Positions 17,257-22,662 of a stretch of DNA of 22,662 nucleotides are shown in pieces. The translations under genes were made by a program, and so were the position numbers. The stretch comes from an uncultured bacterium (lineage in GTDB: Bacteria > Zixibacteria > MSB-5A5 > JAABVY01 > JAHJOQ01), in assembly GCA_965369655.1 (NCBI GenBank), contig CBDUQR010000042.1, positions 1 to 22,662 of the forward strand. The letters run 5' to 3'. Every line of letters begins with the position of its first letter. Position 1 is the stretch's first letter. The notes under the pieces were generated by a model. The model saw only the letters and a list, made by a program, of their open reading frames with translations. It made no database searches and was not told the DNA's origin.

Positions 17257-18030
17257 ATGGCATCACAAGACAAACCCTTCCTGAGATTCATTCCGAGAGG
17301 CGGCATCCTCTACCCGCTTGTGAAATTCTGTCTCATTCCTCTTCTTGCTCTCGCTCTTCTTGCACTGCTGACTGATTTTCTCATAATGCCGTTTATCACT
17401 CGTCACGGTCAGGAATTCCCAATTCCGAATATCGTCGGCGTGAGCCTGACTGAAGCGACAGAAATGCTCGCTGACATTGGCGCCGTCGTCGAAATCGCGG
17501 GCGAGGAGCCCAGCCCTGATCTTCCGGAAGGCACTGTTATGGTTCAAACACCGCTCGCCGGCTCGATGGCCAAGAAGGGCAGGCGTGTCAAGGTCATCAT
17601 CTCGGCCGGTCGAGAAATGGTCGAAGTGCCGGGCATGGTCGGGTTCTCGCAGCGACAGAGTGAACTCAAGCTCCGTGAAGCCGGTTTGAAGGTCGGTGAT
17701 TTCAACTGGGCGTCGAATGACTCACTCCCGGTCAACGTGCTGGTTTTCTCGGTGCCATCTGCCGGATCGCTCGTGCTGAAAGACACACCGATCAATTTAT
17801 ACTTTAACCGTGGCTCACAGGACAACGTGGTCTTCGTACCACAGCTCGTCGGTATGTTGCTCAATGAGGCCGAGCAGATCGTCGATTCACTCGGCCTGTT
17901 GATTTCGAAAGTCGACTATGCAGCAAACGCTTTCCTTCTGCCAAACACGGTCCTGTGGCAATCCCTGAGGGCCGGATCGAAAACAGAGACAGGATCATAC
18001 ATACAACTCAAGGTATCGATGACAGACTGA
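17257..18030 (+). CDS. Membrane-anchored protein with three PASTA domains and no kinase domain
   Basis: One N-terminal TM helix, then IPNIVGVS..EA, VPGMVGFS..Q and VPQLVGM..EA repeats, with G.V..Q.P..G motifs. Confidence 0.9.
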   Translation: MASQDKPFLRFIPRGGILYPLVKFCLIPLLALALLALLTDFLIMPFITRHGQEFPIPNIVGVSLTEATEMLADIGAVVEIAGEEPSPDLPEGTVMVQTPLAGSMAKKGRRVKVIISAGREMVEVPGMVGFSQRQSELKLREAGLKVGDFNWASNDSLPVNVLVFSVPSAGSLVLKDTPINLYFNRGSQDNVVFVPQLVGMLLNEAEQIVDSLGLLISKVDYAANAFLLPNTVLWQSLRAGSKTETGSYIQLKVSMTD

Positions 18031-18692
18031 TGATGAAAATATCCCCTTCTATTTTGGCAGCCGATTTCGGCCACCTTTTTGATGAAATCGAGAAGACAGT
18101 TGAATCGGGCGTCGAGTATCTGCACCTCGATATCATGGATGGTCATTTCGTGCCGAACCTCACTTTCGGGCCGGAACTGGTGAAGTACATCAACGGTGTG
18201 ACCGACCTTCCTCTCGACGTACATCTGATGATCTCGAATCCGCTGGAGTATCTTGAAATATACACTGCTTCAGGCGCGGACATATTGACCATACACCTGG
18301 AGACCGTTGAGCGCCCCGAGATTGCGCTCGCGACGATTCGCGAACTGGGAATCAAATCGGGCATTTCGATATCGCCGAACACTCCGGTCGAGGTCGCGAT
18401 GCCATACATCGAGCATGCAGACTGGCTGCTCGTAATGTCGGTCCATCCCGGTTTCGCAGGCCAAAGATTTATGCCGTCAGCGATTGATAAAATATCGAAG
18501 GCTCGTGAGCATATCGCTTCGGACGGACTGAACTGCGAGATCGCTGTCGACGGCGGAATCGACCTGAAAACAGCGCCCCGGGTCGCTGCGGCAGGCGCAG
18601 ATATTGTGATAACCGGTTCGTCATTCTACAAATCGGGCGATTACAGGAACTTTGTGCAGGAACTCAGGGAAGCCACCAGCAGGAAAGTCTGA
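18030..18692 (+). CDS. rpe: Ribulose-phosphate 3-epimerase
   Basis: ISPSILAADF, HLDIMDGHFVPNLTFG, DVHLM, LVMSVHPGFAGQ.F, VDGG. ATG overlaps the PASTA gene TGA; ATG 18033 is an alternative start. Confidence 0.97.
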   Translation: MMKISPSILAADFGHLFDEIEKTVESGVEYLHLDIMDGHFVPNLTFGPELVKYINGVTDLPLDVHLMISNPLEYLEIYTASGADILTIHLETVERPEIALATIRELGIKSGISISPNTPVEVAMPYIEHADWLLVMSVHPGFAGQRFMPSAIDKISKAREHIASDGLNCEIAVDGGIDLKTAPRVAAAGADIVITGSSFYKSGDYRNFVQELREATSRKV

Positions 18693-18723
18693 CCAGTACA
18701 ATCCACAATCGGCCAAAAATCAG

Positions 18724-18751
18724 TTGCTACCCACCGGCATTCTTGTATATT
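18724..18751 (+). promoter_or_regulatory. Putative sigma70-type promoter of the ffh-rplS operon
   Basis: TTGCTA, 16-nt spacer, TATATT. SD ggag at 18770-18773. Confidence 0.6.
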
Positions 18752-18779
18752 TAGCGGTTACTTTTGTTTGGAGACGACT

Positions 18780-20096
18780 ATGTTTGACGATTTGACATAC
18801 AAGCTGGAAGGCATATTCAAGAAGCTCCGTGGACGCGGCAAGCTGACCGAGTCGAACATCTCGGACGCGCTCAAGGAAGTGCGGCGCGCTTTTCTCGAAG
18901 CTGACGTGAACTACAAGGTAACCAGGGATTTCGTGAATGCGGTCAGAGAGAAGGCGCTCGGCGCCGAAGTTCTCCACTCGATAACGCCCGGCCAGTTAAT
19001 CATCAAGATCATTCATGCCGAACTGATCGAGCTACTCGGCTCGAAGGCTGCGGACCTGTGCATCTCCTCATCTCCGCCAACGGTCATCATGCTCGTGGGA
19101 CTCCAGGGCTCCGGCAAGACGACCATGTGCGGCAAGCTCTCGCTCCATTTCAGGAAGAAAAACAAGTCTCCACTGCTTGTAGCGGCGGACGTCTACAGAC
19201 CCGCAGCCGTTGAGCAACTCAAGATACTGGGCAAGAGCGTCGACATGCCCGTCTTCCACGTCGACAAAGACCCTGTCAGCATATCGAAGAAAGCTCTTGA
19301 GTATGCGTCTGAGCACAACAGGGATGTCGTGATAATCGACACCGCCGGGCGTCTGCATATCGACGACAAGCTGATGTCGGAACTCGAACAGATCAAAGAG
19401 CAGGTCTCCCCGGATGAATTGCTGCTGATCGCAGACGCCATGACCGGACAGGATGCCGTGAACATCGCGTCGGAGTTCGACAGACGGCTCGACCTGACCG
19501 GCGTGATCCTGACGAAAATGGATGGTGACGCTCGGGGCGGGGCGGCGCTGTCGATCAAGATGGTCACGAACAAACCGATCAAGATGGTCGGCATTGGCGA
19601 GAAGCTCTCCGACCTCGAGGTATTCCACCCCGACCGAATGGCATCTCGCATCCTCGGCATGGGCGATGTGCTCACACTCGTCGAGAAAGCCCAGGACGCT
19701 GTCGACATGCGCGAGGCCGAGAAGCTGCACAAGAAGCTTCAAAAGGAAGCGTTTACTTTTGACGACTTCTACAACCAACTCCAACAGCTCAAGAAGATGG
19801 GGTCACTCGAATCGATGCTCTCGATGATCCCCGGAGTGGGCAAGGCAATCAAGAATATCGAGATGGACGATCATGCGCTCGTGCGCATCGAAGCGCTAAT
19901 ACAATCTATGACTCCCGAGGAACGTCAAAAGCCGCAGATTATCGACGGCTCTCGGCGACGACGCATAGCGCTCGGATCGGGCAATGGTCTTGCCGACGTA
20001 AACAGGATTATGAAACAATTCTCACAGATGCAGAAAATGATAAAGAAGCTCTCCCGCGGACAGATGAGTGATCTGGCCAGGGGACTGTTCAGGTAA
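18780..20096 (+). CDS. ffh: Signal recognition particle protein Ffh
   Basis: [36 protein letters not shown] domain SMTPEER...SRRRRIA.GSG. Confidence 0.98.
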   Translation: MFDDLTYKLEGIFKKLRGRGKLTESNISDALKEVRRAFLEADVNYKVTRDFVNAVREKALGAEVLHSITPGQLIIKIIHAELIELLGSKAADLCISSSPPTVIMLVGLQGSGKTTMCGKLSLHFRKKNKSPLLVAADVYRPAAVEQLKILGKSVDMPVFHVDKDPVSISKKALEYASEHNRDVVIIDTAGRLHIDDKLMSELEQIKEQVSPDELLLIADAMTGQDAVNIASEFDRRLDLTGVILTKMDGDARGGAALSIKMVTNKPIKMVGIGEKLSDLEVFHPDRMASRILGMGDVLTLVEKAQDAVDMREAEKLHKKLQKEAFTFDDFYNQLQQLKKMGSLESMLSMIPGVGKAIKNIEMDDHALVRIEALIQSMTPEERQKPQIIDGSRRRRIALGSGNGLADVNRIMKQFSQMQKMIKKLSRGQMSDLARGLFR

Positions 20097-20110
20097 AGAG
20101 GAGGTTTGAT

Positions 20111-20614
20111 TTGGCCGTACGTATTCGACTGAGAAGAATGGGCGCAAAGAAGCGGCCCTTCTACCGGTTTGTTGCTGCAGACTCCAGGTATGCCCGCGAT
20201 GGGCGTTTTCTGGAAACACTCGGTTACTACAATCCTATTGAGAGACCCGCGAAAGTCAAGGTCGATGAACAGAAAATTTTCAAATGGCTCAGGGAAGGCG
20301 CTCAGATGTCTGAGACCGTGGCAAGCCTCTTCAGACAGGTCAACCTTCTGGCCAAATGGGAAAAAGTGAAATCTGGCGAACCGGGCGATGACATCGAGAT
20401 AAAGACCGAGATTCGCGAGCGTAGCAAGCGCAGGAAAAAAACCAGGGCAAGCGCCGAGATAGTTGAAGAGGCAAAGCCCGCAGAGACGAAAGTTGAAGAG
20501 CCAAAGGCTGAAGAAGCGAAGGCTGAAGAGACGAAGCCTGAGGAGACAAAAGCCGAGGAGATCACGGAGACTGAAGCTGCCAGCGAAAAAAAGAGCGCAA
20601 GCGAAAACGAGTAA
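20111..20614 (+). CDS. rpsP: 30S ribosomal protein bS16 with a long charged C-terminal extension
   Basis: [46 protein letters not shown] start after gaggagg. Confidence 0.96.
   Translation: MAVRIRLRRMGAKKRPFYRFVAADSRYARDGRFLETLGYYNPIERPAKVKVDEQKIFKWLREGAQMSETVASLFRQVNLLAKWEKVKSGEPGDDIEIKTEIRERSKRRKKTRASAEIVEEAKPAETKVEEPKAEEAKAEETKPEETKAEEITETEAASEKKSASENE
20471..20560 (+). repeat. Six imperfect 15-bp tandem repeats in the rpsP 3' end
   Basis: Units encode [30 protein letters not shown]. Confidence 0.8.
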
Positions 20615-20631
20615 TCCGGAGGTAGGCGACT

Positions 20632-20862
20632 ATGAAGGAATTCATTGAGCATATCGTGCGAGCATTGGTTGACAACCCTGACGACGTCAGGTTGACAGAG
20701 ATTCAGGGCGAGAGGACGACTGTATTCGAGTTGCGGGTCGGAGAAGGTGATCTTGGAAAGGTGATCGGCAAGAAGGGACAGACTGCTAAAGCCATCCGCA
20801 CCCTGATTGGCGCGGTATCGGCCAAGCAGGGCAAACGCGCGATGCTCGAAATCCTGGAGTAG
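20632..20862 (+). CDS. khpA: KH-domain RNA-binding protein KhpA (YlqC/UPF0109)
   Basis: [26 protein letters not shown] (GxxG KH motif), canonical position between rpsP and rimM. Confidence 0.93.
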   Translation: MKEFIEHIVRALVDNPDDVRLTEIQGERTTVFELRVGEGDLGKVIGKKGQTAKAIRTLIGAVSAKQGKRAMLEILE

Positions 20863-21378
20863 ATGAACCGTCCCGATCACGTTGCCGTTGGATATGTTCT
20901 CCGCGCTCATGGAGTCCGGGGAAATGTTCTTATCAAGCCCCTGACCGACAATCCCAATCGGTTCAAGGAGATCGATGAGATCATGATCGAGAGAGCGGGA
21001 AGAATCGAATCGCATCGAGTCACTGAAAAAACGGATTCACCCAAAGGATGGATCCTGAGATTCGACGGAATAGAAACGCGGGACGAAGCTGAGAAACTGA
21101 AAGGCGCATATTTGCTGATTCGCACCGAGGAATTGCCGGAACTGGAGGAAGGTTCATACTACGATTTTGATCTCGTGGGAATCGAGGTTTTCACGGTATC
21201 GGGCGAGAAGCTCGGTCAAATAATTGAAATCGAAAAGTATCCGGCGAATGACGTTTATGTTGTCGAAGGGGATGCCGGCAAATTGATGCTTCCGGCGACA
21301 CTCGAAGTTGTCAGGAAGGTGGATATGGACAACAAGCGAATGGAAGTGGAACTCCTGGACGGACTGGAATTCGAGTGA
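20863..21378 (+). CDS. rimM: Ribosome maturation factor RimM
   Basis: VG....HGVRG.V, R.EAEKLKG, YY..DLVG..V, ANDVYVV, PRC-barrel C-terminus. Confidence 0.95.
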   Translation: MNRPDHVAVGYVLRAHGVRGNVLIKPLTDNPNRFKEIDEIMIERAGRIESHRVTEKTDSPKGWILRFDGIETRDEAEKLKGAYLLIRTEELPELEEGSYYDFDLVGIEVFTVSGEKLGQIIEIEKYPANDVYVVEGDAGKLMLPATLEVVRKVDMDNKRMEVELLDGLEFE

Positions 21379-21379
21379 G

Positions 21380-22129
21380 ATGATTGTCGATATTCTGACA
21401 ATATTCCCCGGTATCGTCACACCGGCGCTGTCCGAATCGCTTCTGGGTAAAGCTGTTGATGAGGGATTGCTCGAAATAAACGTGCATGACCTGCGAGGCT
21501 TCACCGAGGACAAGCATCAGTCGGTTGATGACGCGCCGTTCGGCGGTGGTCCCGGGATGGTCATGAAAGTCGAGCCGGTATACAGAGGCGTCAGAGCGTG
21601 CATCGACAGTCAACCGAATCTTCAGTCGACAGTCATCGTGACATCAGCATCCGGCAGGAGATTCGATCAGGAATGCGCCGAAGAATTCAGCCGCATGGAA
21701 CACCTGATCGTCGTTTGCGGTCGATATAAAGGCATAGATGCGAGAGTGATGGAGCTATTCGACGTCCGCGAGATATCGATCGGCGATTACGTCCTGACCG
21801 GCGGCGACTTTGCGGCGTTAGTGATAATCGAAGCGACGGCGAGGCTGATACCGGGTTATATGAGCAAGTTCGAGGCAGCCGAAACGGATAGTTTTACGTC
21901 GGGCCTACTCGGCTACCCGGAATACACAAGACCGCAGGAATTCATGGGACTCGAAGTGCCGGAAGTGTTGATTTCAGGTCACCACGAGAATATCAGGAAA
22001 TTCAGGAGACGCAAAGCGTTTGAAAAAACATTGCGATACAGACCGGAACTTATTGATCGAATTGAATTGACAAGAGAAGACAAATCAATCATAGATCAAC
22101 TGAGAGCGGAAAATAGCGACAGCAGATAG
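21380..22129 (+). CDS. trmD: tRNA (guanosine(37)-N1)-methyltransferase TrmD
   Basis: [61 protein letters not shown]. Confidence 0.97.
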   Translation: MIVDILTIFPGIVTPALSESLLGKAVDEGLLEINVHDLRGFTEDKHQSVDDAPFGGGPGMVMKVEPVYRGVRACIDSQPNLQSTVIVTSASGRRFDQECAEEFSRMEHLIVVCGRYKGIDARVMELFDVREISIGDYVLTGGDFAALVIIEATARLIPGYMSKFEAAETDSFTSGLLGYPEYTRPQEFMGLEVPEVLISGHHENIRKFRRRKAFEKTLRYRPELIDRIELTREDKSIIDQLRAENSDSR

Positions 22130-22142
22130 AAGGAGATACCCC

Positions 22143-22544
22143 ATGAACATGAACCTGATTAGTAAGATCGAAACGGACAATTTTAAGAAACGAAAAGTCA
22201 ACTTCGGCCCCGGTGACACGGTGCGCGTGCACGTGACAATCCGCGAGGGCGAGAAAGAACGAGTCCAGGTTTTCCAGGGAACGGTCATCCGAAGACGCGG
22301 TTCCGGTGCAGGTGAGACATTCACAGTCTATAAGATATCGTCCGGTATCGGCGTCGAGAGAGTCTTCCCTCTCAATTCGCCGAACATCCCGAGAATCGAG
22401 AGGATCCGCCAGGGTAAAGTCCGCAGGGCCAAACTCTACTATCTCCGTGGTAAAGTTGGCAAGCAGAGCCGCGTTCGGGAGAAAAAAGTCGACAGGGCGA
22501 AACTCAAGAGAGAAATCGCAGAGCAGAACAAGACTGACGAATAG
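22143..22544 (+). CDS. rplS: 50S ribosomal protein bL19
   Basis: [47 protein letters not shown] aaggag. Confidence 0.97.
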   Translation: MNMNLISKIETDNFKKRKVNFGPGDTVRVHVTIREGEKERVQVFQGTVIRRRGSGAGETFTVYKISSGIGVERVFPLNSPNIPRIERIRQGKVRRAKLYYLRGKVGKQSRVREKKVDRAKLKREIAEQNKTDE

Positions 22545-22571
22545 CCCGCTCTTTCTTTCAGCATGTAATAC

Positions 22572-22602
22572 AAGGCCGTATCACATCGATGCGGCCTTCT
22601 TC
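22572..22602 (+). terminator. Terminator-like hairpin after rplS
   Basis: 11-bp stem aaggccgtatc / gatgcggcctt (one G-U pair), 5-nt loop, weak ttcttc tail. Confidence 0.55.
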
Positions 22603-22662
22603 AACGGACTTAGCCCGAACATTTCATGAACGTTGGTGAAGTGTTTGATAATGCTCTTTCGA

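Noticed and set aside
11260..21015. Long antisense or alternate-frame ORFs (e.g. 11260-11853, 14939-15439, 19068-19784, 20302-21015)
   Set aside because: These are shadows of conserved genes, expected from codon bias, and show no independent motifs.
17955..21379. Extended starts for rpe (17955), ffh (18768) and trmD (21308)
   Set aside because: They overlap upstream genes or the SD. Family homology starts at 18030, 18780 and 21380.
22626..22662. Possible start of the next gene (MNVGEVFDNALS...), where rnhB or lepB often follows rplS
   Set aside because: Only 12 codons, with no SD or diagnostic motif.
1..22662. CRISPR array, tRNA/rRNA, transposase, integrase, prophage or defence genes
   Set aside because: I saw no regularly spaced repeats, cloverleaf or such protein motifs. 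Nearly all coding space is explained by the genes listed.

Overview
Mostly core chromosome of a diderm (LPS-making) bacterium. The secreted protein with an NYPNPFNP C-terminal domain, the kinase-less PASTA protein and the gene style suggest an FCB-superphylum lineage such as Zixibacteria/KSB1 (inference only). Left to right: a 1247-aa Cys-rich secreted VWA multi-domain protein (+); a 14-repeat beta-propeller lipoprotein (+); a minus-strand rplU-bamA-skp-lpxD operon; uvrB; a 63-aa Cys4 basic protein with its own promoter and terminator; a TIGR03960/TIGR03936-type radical SAM fusion; rsmB; a PASTA protein; rpe; and ffh-rpsP-khpA-rimM-trmD-rplS. Intergenic regions hold several sigma70-type promoters, intrinsic terminators and degenerate GTAG/CGTC-type REP-like palindromes. 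I saw no CRISPR array, tRNA/rRNA, transposase, prophage or defence system. Best leads: the small zinc-ribbon protein (candidate Zn-binding bL38/DUF4295-like ribosomal protein), rplU uncoupled from rpmA and heading the BAM operon, the radical SAM fusion of unknown function among translation genes, and the modular secreted adhesin. All calls come from reading the sequence; no database searches were run.
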